The notes under the pieces: generated by a model
The model's input: only the letters and a program-made list of their open reading frames with translations
What the model was told of the DNA's origin: nothing
Databases searched by the model: none
Program-made: the position numbers and the translations under genes
Shown here: piece after piece, positions 8,301 through 17,374 of the stretch
How the letters are laid out: the number at the start of each line of letters is the position of its first letter
Position numbering within the stretch: position 1 is the stretch's first letter
Source: an uncultured Chryseobacterium sp.
GTDB taxonomy: Bacteria > Bacteroidota > Bacteroidia > UBA10329
Direction: 5' to 3'
Length of the DNA: 64,000 nucleotides
Assembly (NCBI GenBank): GCA_964457245.1
Contig: CAYWET010000006.1
Coordinates: 21,098 to 85,097 of the forward strand

Positions 8301-9999
8301 CAGTTCCATCGGTGGTAAACCGAATCTGATCCTCATTCGGGTTTGCCTCAACCTCAACGCGTGTGTCTCCGTTGGCGTCTTTTAGAAGTCTTCTTAATGA
8401 TTCCAGATCTACGCTTTGGGCACCTCCAGCATCAGATTCAACCTGAACAGAAAGAGTTGTCCCGCTGAGAGAAAGGTTCGTAATTTTTTGGTCATCTGTA
8501 TTGTCCAAATAGCCGCTGAGATTGACTGATTGTGGGCCCACACCATCATTTTCGAACTCCATTGTGAGGGCATTCCCCGCTAATATCGCGAAGGTCTCGA
8601 TCTGTTGATCGTCTGTATTGTCCAGATATCCTGAAAGATCGAAGCTATGAGTTGCGGCACCATCGTTTTCCAGCGATAGCTGAAGGGTGTTTCCAGAAAG
8701 TTGAACCACGTCCAACGCTTGGTCATCAGTGTTGTCAAGGTAGCCGGAAAGGTCAATGCTGTGGGTTGCAACACCATCATTCTCCAACGATACTTGAAGT
8801 GTATTTCCAGAGAGTTGGATTACGTCAAGCCCTTGGTCGTCTGTGTTGTCTAGATATGGCGAAAGACTCAAAACGTGAGGCGCTACACCATCATTTTCTA
8901 TGGACAAACGCAAGTTATTGGAAGAAATGTCCACAAGGTCAAATGCTTGATCATCTGTGTTGTCTAGGTAACCGCTAAGATCCAAGGTGTGGGTGGCCTG
9001 ACCATCATCTTCAAGTGAGAGTCGCAATTCATCAGATGTAATGTTGATCACATCAAACGTTTGGTCATCTGTATTGTCCGAGAAACCGCTCAAATCAATG
9101 TTGTGAGTTGCCTGCCCATCATTCTCAAGGGATAACTGCAGGTTCGAACCCACAAGTTGACCAACATCCAGACCCTGTTCATCTGTGTTGTCCTTATAGG
9201 GTGAAAGGCTAAGAACATGCGTTGCCTGCCCGTCACCTTCAACCGAAAGGCGAAGCTGGTCTGACGTAATATTTGCAACGTCCAACTTCTGATCGTCCGT
9301 ATTGTCTGCAAGACTGCTGAGGTCAATTATCTCAGTAGCTACTCCATCATCCTCAAGGGACAATTCAAGATTGGTTCCATTAAGTTGAGCGACATCCAAT
9401 GTCTGATCATCGGTATCAGTACCAATACTACTAAGGTTAATAACATGAGTTCCAACACCATCGTTCTGCAACGAAAGCTCTAAGTTGGTTCCCGAGAGTT
9501 GAACCACATCAAGTTGCTGTTGATCCGTATTGTCGAGATAACCAGAGAGATCCAAAACATGAGTAGCCTGCCCGTCCCCCTCAATAGACAGTAACAGCTG
9601 ATTAGCACCATTGATGGTTACCTGATCGAACTTCTGGTCATCAACATTGTCAAGATATCCACTCAGGTCAATGGAGTGCGTGGGCACACCATCAGCCTCA
9701 ATTGAAATCTCGAGATCGGTTCCGTTCAATTGGATTACATCGAATATTTGGTCGTCAGAATTTGAGTTCAATACAATCCAAGAGGTGCCATCGTGGAACT
9801 GAAGTTCTGTTCCGGTCCAACGTATGGAGCCAGCAGAACCCGATGTGGTATTTGCGATTTTCACAGACCCATTAACATCTAACTTCTGTTCGGGAACAAG
9901 TCTGTCTAGACCCAAATTCTGTGCTGATAAACCACTGCTGAAGCAGAAAAGCACCGTTAGTATGAGATAAATTCGATTCATATCTATGATTTTTTGCAA
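5362..9999 (-). CDS. Giant secreted tail-fibre-domain protein paralogue, 1545 aa. It has 12 x 38-aa repeats, a C-terminal S74-like chaperone motif (STRDKKKNIHPF) and a further acidic/Pro-rich extension of roughly 250 aa.
   Basis: Single ORF. Signal peptide (start possibly at the internal Met, MNRIYLILTVLFCFSSGLSAQ). The repeat block is homologous to the neighbours. Middle and C-terminal regions align by eye along their length with the ORF at 10034..14659. Confidence 0.85.
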   Translation of the reverse strand: MQKIIDMNRIYLILTVLFCFSSGLSAQNLGLDRLVPEQKLDVNGSVKIANTTSGSAGSIRWTGTELQFHDGTSWIVLNSNSDDQIFDVIQLNGTDLEISIEADGVPTHSIDLSGYLDNVDDQKFDQVTINGANQLLLSIEGDGQATHVLDLSGYLDNTDQQQLDVVQLSGTNLELSLQNDGVGTHVINLSSIGTDTDDQTLDVAQLNGTNLELSLEDDGVATEIIDLSSLADNTDDQKLDVANITSDQLRLSVEGDGQATHVLSLSPYKDNTDEQGLDVGQLVGSNLQLSLENDGQATHNIDLSGFSDNTDDQTFDVINITSDELRLSLEDDGQATHTLDLSGYLDNTDDQAFDLVDISSNNLRLSIENDGVAPHVLSLSPYLDNTDDQGLDVIQLSGNTLQVSLENDGVATHSIDLSGYLDNTDDQALDVVQLSGNTLQLSLENDGAATHSFDLSGYLDNTDDQQIETFAILAGNALTMEFENDGVGPQSVNLSGYLDNTDDQKITNLSLSGTTLSVQVESDAGGAQSVDLESLRRLLKDANGDTRVEVEANPNEDQIRFTTDGTEAMIINSSQQVGVGLSSGISNRLVVNGSTSDVSSTLGLLGGNEQFTFNNGAQIAFGYNGADDYEHYIQTRHNSSGGSTNNSIDFYVSDGTQNNSVTSGSTHAMSMNSGNVGIGTLSPNQQLEVVGTTRISSLTGGGTRLVTTDNSGNLVGATSVPSGMGDNLGNHTATTNLNMSNNELDNVGYLDITPGTSRGLRFWSDNQYAIGMGNSSEYHFGPVTDYSIKMHMSNTAGRGWTWGVYGVTPVAALNTAGAMQIEKSLKVSNNNATGGGIHISDDGGIYDRNDGYASLAFSAGVDMEDAQDVNDHMSVTFNDSYPEIASYRNGGATLTEFRTGMYNNGGTFYSQNQMYARAGIANDGGTLLLNDAVRITGLAGSGNRITMANAAGDLYTVANLNGSGLGDNLGNHLGTTTLNVQNNVVNGVTDFYLSNWQRHSDNDGVLWSNNGWHIYPRNNSDINIRTGNGSGGLALMNSTGTRSYMHWTADWQGWLNAARQWQLRTRNDDGYSPNLYFDEEGNESWTGNPGADEGKLEYHSNRFYFASGNNSSEIARFRRSGSDVASVSNGGDANFPIFIDWNNNGYSANPAQPGTVSIVAAGSSVIDGLTVIDDGAGWHRSYNSTGWYNGSYGGGWQMSDGTWIRSYGNKSVHINNTAGSYAFHPYCPNQTVIYSISATNGYWNGQFSGANYSVYAQGYVYATTYGYLSTRDKKKNIHPFDNEDYESAWAFMDDLNLNYYKYKDEGTTKGFSDAVQVGFIAEETPGALTTPGKKGVLYGELSIYNTGALKILKKELQAIEKQLRNIKDFGVDVIDGQRARVEFSPEFIASLNGAQPVVTVSAMGGSGNFNPSVSNIDQTGFFVDKSESESVPFSWIAMARIPEDEEALASNKYSERFVDMLETAEHEALTKEHPKEIERLGDEFYEPMEDPTAPWSGGVFPPENALENVEIPVEDSVKDAKPSLTPAPLEAPVEEENSFPAEEGR
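8394..9747 (-). repeat. In-frame tandem array of 12 x 114-bp repeats in the second giant gene
   Basis: The same 38-aa unit counted 12 times. Confidence 0.8.
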
Positions 10000-10033
10000 G
10001 AGGTTTAAATCAATTGTTGTCGTTCAGTTCAAT

Positions 10034-13000
10034 TTACTTACGACCACTTTCAATATCCTTTTCTCTTGCCGGATATGGATCCATTTCTTCGTCTTTAACA
10101 GGAGGGTCCAACGGAATCGGCTCTAATGATGGACCAGCATCCTTTACCGAGTCGTCAACAGGAACTTCAGCCGACTCAAATGCATTGCTTGGAGGGAATT
10201 GCCCACCTTCCCAAGGGGCTGTTGGGTCTTCATGCTGCTCGTAGAACTCCGCAGGCATTGGCTCGATTTCTTCTGGGTGTTCTTTTGTTAGCGCCTCGTG
10301 CTCAGCCGTTTCCAGCATATGGACAAACCTTTCGGAGTATCCTTTGGCCTCCAAAGCATCTTCGGTTGGCACCTTCGCCATGGCAATCCAGTTAAATGGA
10401 ACAGAGCCTTCCTTGGTTTTATTGACGTAGAAACCTGACTGATCAACCTCAGTAACCAAGAGGTTAAATGTTCCGTTGCCACCCATAGCGGTTACCGTGA
10501 CCACAGGTTGAGCACCATTCAAGGTTGAAGTGAAATCTGAGGAGAATTCTACCCTAGTTCTTTCATTTTCGATTTGCTCCACACCAAAGTCGCTTACGCT
10601 ACGTAGTTGCTCTTTGATATTCTTCAATTTTTTCTTGATAACCTTTAGAGCCCCAGTGTTGTAAATCGCCAACTCCCCATAGCGAACCCCAGTTTTTCCG
10701 GGGGTTGTGAGCGCTCCAGGAGTTTCTTCAGCCATAAATCCAACGTGTACGGCATCGCTGAAGCCTTTAGTTGTCCCTTCATCCTTGTACTTATAGTAGT
10801 TCAGTTCAAGGTCATCCATAAAAGCCAAAGCGCTTTCGTAGTCTTCGTCCTCAAATGGTCTTATGTCTTTTTTCTTCTCACGGGTACTTAGGTATCCATA
10901 AGTAGTAGCATATACATACCCTTGCGCATAGACTGAATAGTTGGCCCCAGCAAAGTAACCGTTCCAGTAACTGTTGGTTCCACTGATGGAATAGATTACT
11001 GTATGGTTAGGACTGTAAGGGTGGAATGCATAATACCCGCTTCTGTTAATATGAACGGATTTATTCCCGTAAGAACGAATCCATGTGCCGTCAGACATGT
11101 GCCAACCACCACCGTAAGAACCATTGTACCATCCAGTACCACCGTAGCTTCGATGCCAACCACCACCATCATCAATAACGGTGTTTCCATCAATCATGAA
11201 ACCACCAGCAGTGTAGACTGAAGGGTTACTTGCTGGATTAAGATAGTAGCCTGTATTGTTCCAGTCTCTAAAGATTGTGAAGATTGCCTCACCACTGTTG
11301 GTTACTCTACCCACATCGCTACCACTTCTTCTAAACCGTGCAATTTCTGTTGAATTGCTACCAGAAGCGATGTAAAATCTATTAGAATGATACTCGATTT
11401 TTCCTTCATCCGCTCCTGGGTTACCTGTCCACGATTCATTGCCTTCCTCATCGAAGTAAAGGCTCGGAGAATAGCCATCCAGATTCTGGGTTCTCAACTG
11501 CCACTGGCGTGCGGAGTTCAACCAACCTTGGTATCCACTATACCAGTGCAAATAACCACGTGTACTTCCGCCATTCATTAGAGCCACGCCACCAGAAGTT
11601 CCATTACCCGTTCGAAGGTTCATGTCAGAACTGTTTCTTGGATAAATGTGCCAAGCGTTATTGCTCCAGTAAATACCATCATTGTCGCTATGACGCTCCC
11701 AGTTGCTCAAATAGAAATCCGTCACACCATTTATAACGTTATTCTGCATGTTGAGCGTAGTGGTTCCCAAATGGTTTCCAAGATTGTCGCCCAGTCCTGT
11801 TCCGTTCAGGCTGCTAGTTGTGTAAAGGTCGCCCGATGGGTTTGACATTACTATTCTGTTACCAGTTCCGGCCAGACCTGTAATTCTAACAGCGTCATTG
11901 AGAGTAAGCGTTCCCTGATCATTGGCGATTCCAGCTCTCGCATACATTTGATTTTGAGAGTAGAAAGTTCCACCATTATTAAATATCCCGGTTCTGAACT
12001 CCGTAAGAGTGGTACCGTTGTTTCGGTAAGACCATATTTCCGGGTAACTATCGTTGAATCGAACTTCCAAGTGATCGGTAGCATCTTGAGCATCTTCAAA
12101 ATCGACCCCAGCAGAAAACGCAAATGACCCGTAAGCATCATTTCTATCATAAATACCACCATCATCCGACAGAATCAATCCTCCTCCCGTGGTGTTATCG
12201 TTGGATACCCGCAAGGAACCTTGTATCTGCATTTCACCAGATGTATTGATTGCAGCAACAGGCGTTTGACCGTCAACACCCCAGGTCCAACCTCTGCCGG
12301 CAGTATTGCTCATATGAGATTTAATGCTGTAATCAGTAACCGGGCCGTAACGATATTCCGTAGCGTTCCCCATGGCTATTGCATAAGAATTACTTGACCA
12401 AAAGCGAATACCCCGTCCATTTCCAGGAGTTATATCCACATAACCAGCATTATCTATTTCGTTATTATTCATGTTAAGGTTGGTGGTAGCTGTGTGGTTT
12501 CCAAGGTTGTCACCCATCCCGGCTGGAACGCTTGTAGCCGCCACCAGGTCTCCTTGGTTGTTGGTGGTCACTAGTCGTGTTCCACCACCAGCTAAACTTG
12601 AAACACGAGTTGTTCCGATTACATGTAGTTCGGTTTGCGGGTCTGTTGTCCTAACCCCAACATTTCCAGCATTTAGAGATAGCACATGCGTTGATCCACT
12701 TGTTACGGAACTAGTTTGAGTGCCATCACTGACATAAAAGTCAATTGCGTTGTTTGCAGCGGCACTGTTGTGTCTCGTGTGAATAAAGTGCTGATATCCA
12801 TTGGTTCCGTTGTATCCGAAAGCAATCTGAGCCCCATTGTTAAACGTGGTCGAGCCATTACCACCGCGCAGTCCGAGAACGGATGTAGCGTCTGAACCGG
12901 TTCCATATACCGCAAGCTTGTTATTGATGCCGGTTGAAAGCCCGATTCCTACTTGCTGTGAGGGATTAATAATCATCGCACCAGCGCCATCGGTTGTGAA

Positions 13001-14659
13001 ACGAATCTGGTCTTCATTCGGGTTTGCCTCAACTTCAACTCGGGTGTCACCGTTGGCATCACGAATCAATCTTCTCAACGGATCTAAATCAACGTTTTGA
13101 GCACCACCCGCGTCAGACTCTAGTTGCATCGTTAATGTGGTCCCGGACAAAGAGAAATCAGTAATCGACTGGTCGTCTGTATTGTCAAGGTAGCCACTAA
13201 GGTCAACAGTTTGAGCTGCCTGCCCATCATCCTCTATTTCTAACGAAAGCGTGTTTCCTGACAGGGAGAAGTTGTCTATCGTTTGATTATCTGTGTTGTC
13301 CAAATAAGGGGAAAGGTCGATACTGTGAGTTCCTACCCCATCATTTTCAATAGAAAGTTGGAGTGTGTTTCCAGAAAGCTGAATCACGTCAAAAACCTGA
13401 TCATCGGTATTGTCTAGGTATCCTGAAAGGTCGATGCTATGTGTTCCTACCCCGTCATTTTCAATGGAAAATTGGAGTGTGTTTCCAGAAAGCTGGATTA
13501 CATCAAAAACCTGATCATCGGTATTATCCAAGTATGGACTAAGGTCTAAGATATGAGGGGCAACCCCATCATCTTCGATTGACAAACGAAGATTGTTAGA
13601 GTTAATATCGATAAGATCGAAGGCTTGGTCGTCCGTGTTATCCAAATATGGGCTCAGATCTAAAACATAAGAAGCTTGACCATCATCTTCCAATGAAAGT
13701 ACTAGTTGGTGAGAAGCATTGATGGTGATGACATCAAAAACCTGATCATCTGTATTGTCAACAAAACCGCTCATGTCAATCACATTAGTAGCAACACCAT
13801 CCCCTTCGATAGACAGCTCCAAGTTATTACCAACCAACTGAATTATATCGAAAATCTGATCATCCGTGTTATCGAGATATGGACTAAGGTCCAATACATG
13901 CGTAGCTTGGCCGTCATCCTCTAAAGACAGACGCAGTTCATTCGAAGTAATGTTAACCACGTCAAACTGCTGATCATCGGTATTGTCAGCCAAACTGCTA
14001 AGGTCAATCACTTCAGTGGCTACACCGTCATCTTCTAACGAAAGCTCCAGGTTTGTTCCATTGAGCTGTGCAACATCAAACGCTTGATCGTCCGTATCCA
14101 CAGCCAAACTGCTGAGGTCAATCACGTGAGTTCCAACCCCATCGTTTTGAAGTGATAGTTCCAAATTGGTTCCGTTCAATTGTACAACATCAAATTGCTG
14201 CTCATCTGTGTTGTCCAGGTAACCAGAGAGGTCAAGAACATGTGTAGCCTGACCATCATCTTCCAATGAGAGCAAAAGCTGGTTCGACCCGTTTATGGAA
14301 ACCTGATCAAAGGTTTGATCATCGGTGTTGTCCAAAAAACTACTTAGGTCGATGGTATGCGTGGCCTGGCCATCATTTTCAATGGAGATTTCGAGATCAT
14401 TCCCGTTAAGTTGGATGACATCTAGCACCTGATCATCCGTATTTGCATTCAGCGTAACCCACTGTGTGCCATCATGGAACTGGAATTCTGTTCCCGTCCA
14501 CCGTAAAGATCCGGCAACGCCATTGGTTGTGCTACCAATCCGAAGCGCACCGGCCACGTCTAATTTTTGTTGCGGAGAGGCAACATCGACACCAACATTT
14601 TGAGCGAATGTGAAGCCAGACGATAGAAGAAGAGAGACTGCTAGGTAAAAATGTTTCAT
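10034..14659 (-). CDS. Giant secreted tail-fibre-domain protein paralogue, 1541 aa. It has 12 x 38-aa repeats, an S74-like chaperone motif and a C-terminal extension.
   Basis: Single ORF. The N-terminal ~75 aa and the first repeats are near-identical to ORF 330..4937. The middle and C-terminus resemble ORF 5362..9999. Only 35 bp separate its stop from the start of the downstream paralogue, so the two are probably co-transcribed. Confidence 0.85.
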   Translation of the reverse strand: MKHFYLAVSLLLSSGFTFAQNVGVDVASPQQKLDVAGALRIGSTTNGVAGSLRWTGTEFQFHDGTQWVTLNANTDDQVLDVIQLNGNDLEISIENDGQATHTIDLSSFLDNTDDQTFDQVSINGSNQLLLSLEDDGQATHVLDLSGYLDNTDEQQFDVVQLNGTNLELSLQNDGVGTHVIDLSSLAVDTDDQAFDVAQLNGTNLELSLEDDGVATEVIDLSSLADNTDDQQFDVVNITSNELRLSLEDDGQATHVLDLSPYLDNTDDQIFDIIQLVGNNLELSIEGDGVATNVIDMSGFVDNTDDQVFDVITINASHQLVLSLEDDGQASYVLDLSPYLDNTDDQAFDLIDINSNNLRLSIEDDGVAPHILDLSPYLDNTDDQVFDVIQLSGNTLQFSIENDGVGTHSIDLSGYLDNTDDQVFDVIQLSGNTLQLSIENDGVGTHSIDLSPYLDNTDNQTIDNFSLSGNTLSLEIEDDGQAAQTVDLSGYLDNTDDQSITDFSLSGTTLTMQLESDAGGAQNVDLDPLRRLIRDANGDTRVEVEANPNEDQIRFTTDGAGAMIINPSQQVGIGLSTGINNKLAVYGTGSDATSVLGLRGGNGSTTFNNGAQIAFGYNGTNGYQHFIHTRHNSAAANNAIDFYVSDGTQTSSVTSGSTHVLSLNAGNVGVRTTDPQTELHVIGTTRVSSLAGGGTRLVTTNNQGDLVAATSVPAGMGDNLGNHTATTNLNMNNNEIDNAGYVDITPGNGRGIRFWSSNSYAIAMGNATEYRYGPVTDYSIKSHMSNTAGRGWTWGVDGQTPVAAINTSGEMQIQGSLRVSNDNTTGGGLILSDDGGIYDRNDAYGSFAFSAGVDFEDAQDATDHLEVRFNDSYPEIWSYRNNGTTLTEFRTGIFNNGGTFYSQNQMYARAGIANDQGTLTLNDAVRITGLAGTGNRIVMSNPSGDLYTTSSLNGTGLGDNLGNHLGTTTLNMQNNVINGVTDFYLSNWERHSDNDGIYWSNNAWHIYPRNSSDMNLRTGNGTSGGVALMNGGSTRGYLHWYSGYQGWLNSARQWQLRTQNLDGYSPSLYFDEEGNESWTGNPGADEGKIEYHSNRFYIASGSNSTEIARFRRSGSDVGRVTNSGEAIFTIFRDWNNTGYYLNPASNPSVYTAGGFMIDGNTVIDDGGGWHRSYGGTGWYNGSYGGGWHMSDGTWIRSYGNKSVHINRSGYYAFHPYSPNHTVIYSISGTNSYWNGYFAGANYSVYAQGYVYATTYGYLSTREKKKDIRPFEDEDYESALAFMDDLELNYYKYKDEGTTKGFSDAVHVGFMAEETPGALTTPGKTGVRYGELAIYNTGALKVIKKKLKNIKEQLRSVSDFGVEQIENERTRVEFSSDFTSTLNGAQPVVTVTAMGGNGTFNLLVTEVDQSGFYVNKTKEGSVPFNWIAMAKVPTEDALEAKGYSERFVHMLETAEHEALTKEHPEEIEPMPAEFYEQHEDPTAPWEGGQFPPSNAFESAEVPVDDSVKDAGPSLEPIPLDPPVKDEEMDPYPAREKDIESGRK
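13075..14428 (-). repeat. In-frame tandem array of 12 x 114-bp repeats in the third giant gene
   Basis: The same 38-aa unit counted 12 times. Confidence 0.8.
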
Positions 14660-14838
14660 TGTGCCAACTGTTTGATGGTAAATCCGAGCGAGAGTGGTTT
14701 GGATGAATTCAAAATGGGAACGCTCGGATTTTGCAATTTAGGGCATAATGACAAATCGGTGAAACATAAATGGATGAAAAACCTCCGTATATGCCGATAG
14801 ATTTAAGATTTATCTATAATCTAACAGTGCAGGTCGCC

Positions 14839-15630
14839 CTAGAATGGGCTGATACCAATGCCGATAGAGACTGGAATGGCTTTCGTGCCTCGTCCTTCAA
14901 CAAAAAGTGGTGTCAGAGAATAAAAAACGTTCAAGTAGAAATTCGCATAGCCCACCCGGGCGGTTAACCCGTAACGAAATTTGGTGAGGTTTGGGATGTC
15001 ATAGGTTTTAATCTTCCGACCAAAGTTCACGCCTTGGTAAAAATAGTCGTCTTCTACCTTGGTTTTGGTGTGACTTTGTACAAGCCAGCCAAGTTTAAAT
15101 CCGACTGAAGCCGCTATACGCTTGCCATTTTTATGGGGCTTTGATCGAAAACGAACTTCAACAGGAATATCAATAAAGTTGGTACTCAACTTATTGACGG
15201 TGATACTTTGACCATCGAAAAATTTAGCATCCAGATGTGTGTATGTTGAACCATTTGTGGTCGGATGCTCGATTGGGAATGCCTCCATGTGAATGTTGTG
15301 CGAGTTGAACCCAATACCACCCGCAACGCTGAAAACACTTTTGGCAATTACGTAGTCGTAAAGGACCGCAACATCCACTCCCCTAGATGAAAACCACTTT
15401 GGTTCCACGGTAGAAGGATGGAATAACCAGCTGTCAAAATTCAGGTTAACCAGAACCATTTCCTTCTTTGGTGGCTTCCGTTTTTTCTTTGGTTTTTCGT
15501 CTGCCACGGTGGACGTTGAGGTTTCTTGAGCGAAAACAGCCGAAGCGCTTAAGATTAGCAAGAAGAATATAAAAAGAGCTCTCCGCATAAGAAGTTGAAC
15601 AAAGATAGTCGAAGGACTTTGCTTAGTCAT
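14839..15630 (-). CDS. Outer-membrane beta-barrel (porin-family-like) protein; the true start is probably the internal Met (MRRALFIFF...).
   Basis: Signal peptide. Lys-rich linker. Alternating hydrophobic beta-strand pattern. C-terminal aromatic residue (ends ...GISPF). Confidence 0.55.
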   Translation of the reverse strand: MTKQSPSTIFVQLLMRRALFIFFLLILSASAVFAQETSTSTVADEKPKKKRKPPKKEMVLVNLNFDSWLFHPSTVEPKWFSSRGVDVAVLYDYVIAKSVFSVAGGIGFNSHNIHMEAFPIEHPTTNGSTYTHLDAKFFDGQSITVNKLSTNFIDIPVEVRFRSKPHKNGKRIAASVGFKLGWLVQSHTKTKVEDDYFYQGVNFGRKIKTYDIPNLTKFRYGLTARVGYANFYLNVFYSLTPLFVEGRGTKAIPVSIGIGISPF

Positions 15631-17374
15631 TTGAGTTCGGATTCCATTCTAATTCAAAATCCCAGTTGGCTCGCACCTCTGCTGAGGATTGAATAACTCG
15701 AATAGGCTCCGGTTGTAGCTTTTCGGAGTACCGACCGCTATCCCATTTGCCATTGCCGTTCAGGTCGCGGATTACATTAACTGAGTAGTTCCCGGCATCT
15801 AATTGCTCAAATTTCACCACCCCGGATTCAGCTACGCTTCGAACGTCAACTAACTTTCCAGCGGAGGTGAGCAGTTCTACTAAAACTGGTGATGCAGGAG
15901 TTTCTGTCACCTTTAAGCTTAGCGACCCGAACATGTCTTTGTCCGTGCCAACAAATGAATACTCAATAGTGTCATTCCAAAACCCGTAGATATCGGTGAA
16001 AGCGGAATCAAGAATAAATAGTCGATACCGTTTTCCTGCCTGCCACGTATAGGCGAGGTCAAACCTACGGAGTGCCTTATCGCTGGTAGTTATATCATAC
16101 TTTACGCGTACCGAATCCTCGTAAAGTTTCATTCTGGAGATGTCCAAACCAAGTATCGGGTGATTCCACACTAAAGTAAACGGAGTACCGGGTTTAGGTG
16201 GTCGATTGTTGCCTGGAATGGAAGAAGCGGTAAGACTAAAGACCGCCTCTTTACGCCCTCTAGACGCTCCTCTGCCCTTTGTTGCCTTTGGGTTTGTCCC
16301 AGTTAACTTGGGGCGTTCTTTCATTACCAATTCCACGGTGTCTGGCACCTTTTCGTTTACGGAAACAAGAAAATTCATCGTATCCGGTACAATATCAGTT
16401 ATCCAAACGGTCACCGAATCTTGGGTTGTGCTGACGTCTTCCAATCGCCATTGTTTTTTAGAACTGAACCCAGTCAAATTCAAATCAAATGTCTTTACCG
16501 GTAGATTGTAAATGAAGACCAGCTTACCGTATTGATCGCAGTAAGTTTTCTTTAGAAATTGAGTCGTGTCATCCTCAACAAACATGGTCATGTTGTAACT
16601 AGTAATAGGTGGTTCATTCTGAAGATTCAATGAATCAATAGCCAAAGAATCCACCGCTAAAGAATCAATGGAGGAGGAATCAATTACCGCTGGTTGAGGC
16701 GGGGAAAATGGTTTGATAAGAGTATCTAGAAACCCAATTTTTTCTGTGGGAACGTCAAACTTGTAGTTGGCGTTTTCATCCTTCAATGCAAAAATTTTGT
16801 ACCACTGATTCGCCACATTTTTGATGTGGTACTGACCGTTTTCATCTGTGCGAGTGAAATAGTCCGGAATGGTGTCCAACGGCAATGAATCAACATCATT
16901 TTTGTAAAGCATGACCAACGCATCTGCTTCCGGCTTGCCCGTTAAAACATCCGTCAGCTGACCTTTTACCTGCATGCTATCGAGATGACTCCCCGTGCTG
17001 AATACGTAAGTGTAATTCTGTAGAATGTTGCCTTCGTTATTGTCTCGAATTGCCTCGCCAAAGTTGATAGTGTAAGTAGTGTTTTCTGTGAATGGTTCCT
17101 CGAACTTTACTATCAGCGACTTCTTTTTGAACTGATAAGAAGGCGACTTGAGAATCGGTGGAGAAATGACCACTTGATCAGAAGCAGAGCGCAACTGAAT
17201 GTATTCATCAAACGCAATTTCTATTTGCTGACCCTCAAAGTTTGTAGAAAGGTTGGCGGGTTTTTCATAAAGAACGGCTGGTGGAGTTGTGTCCTTCGGG
17301 CCGCCAGTAGGAGCAACCTGCTGAGCACAACCGAACAGCAACAGACCACCGAATATGAGCAGCTGCCGTCTCAT
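15623..17374 (-). CDS. Lipoprotein with an N-terminal Ig-like (SbsA/Big_5-like) domain
   Basis: Lipobox LLLFGC. PPAVLYEKPANLSTNF...IEIAFDEYI is typical of Bacteroidota Ig-like-domain lipoproteins. 583-aa uninterrupted ORF. Confidence 0.5.
   Translation of the reverse strand: MRRQLLIFGGLLLFGCAQQVAPTGGPKDTTPPAVLYEKPANLSTNFEGQQIEIAFDEYIQLRSASDQVVISPPILKSPSYQFKKKSLIVKFEEPFTENTTYTINFGEAIRDNNEGNILQNYTYVFSTGSHLDSMQVKGQLTDVLTGKPEADALVMLYKNDVDSLPLDTIPDYFTRTDENGQYHIKNVANQWYKIFALKDENANYKFDVPTEKIGFLDTLIKPFSPPQPAVIDSSSIDSLAVDSLAIDSLNLQNEPPITSYNMTMFVEDDTTQFLKKTYCDQYGKLVFIYNLPVKTFDLNLTGFSSKKQWRLEDVSTTQDSVTVWITDIVPDTMNFLVSVNEKVPDTVELVMKERPKLTGTNPKATKGRGASRGRKEAVFSLTASSIPGNNRPPKPGTPFTLVWNHPILGLDISRMKLYEDSVRVKYDITTSDKALRRFDLAYTWQAGKRYRLFILDSAFTDIYGFWNDTIEYSFVGTDKDMFGSLSLKVTETPASPVLVELLTSAGKLVDVRSVAESGVVKFEQLDAGNYSVNVIRDLNGNGKWDSGRYSEKLQPEPIRVIQSSAEVRANWDFELEWNPNSND

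Noticed and set aside
3794-14428. Highly periodic 114-bp repeats could be mistaken for a CRISPR array or a satellite.
   Set aside because: The repeats are in-frame inside long ORFs. They encode a coherent 38-aa protein unit and have no unique-spacer structure. No cas genes are present.
330-14659. Prophage or phage-tail remnant, suggested by tail-fibre/S74 chaperone domains.
   Set aside because: No capsid, terminase, portal, baseplate, integrase or att-like repeats anywhere in the 64 kb. The proteins carry Sec signal peptides and sit among housekeeping genes. The domain family is also found in cellular Bacteroidota surface proteins.
330-14659. Diversity-generating retroelement targeting the paralogues.
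   Set aside because: No reverse transcriptase ORF or template-repeat candidate is visible in the window. The variation seen is module-scale, not adenine-specific point variation.
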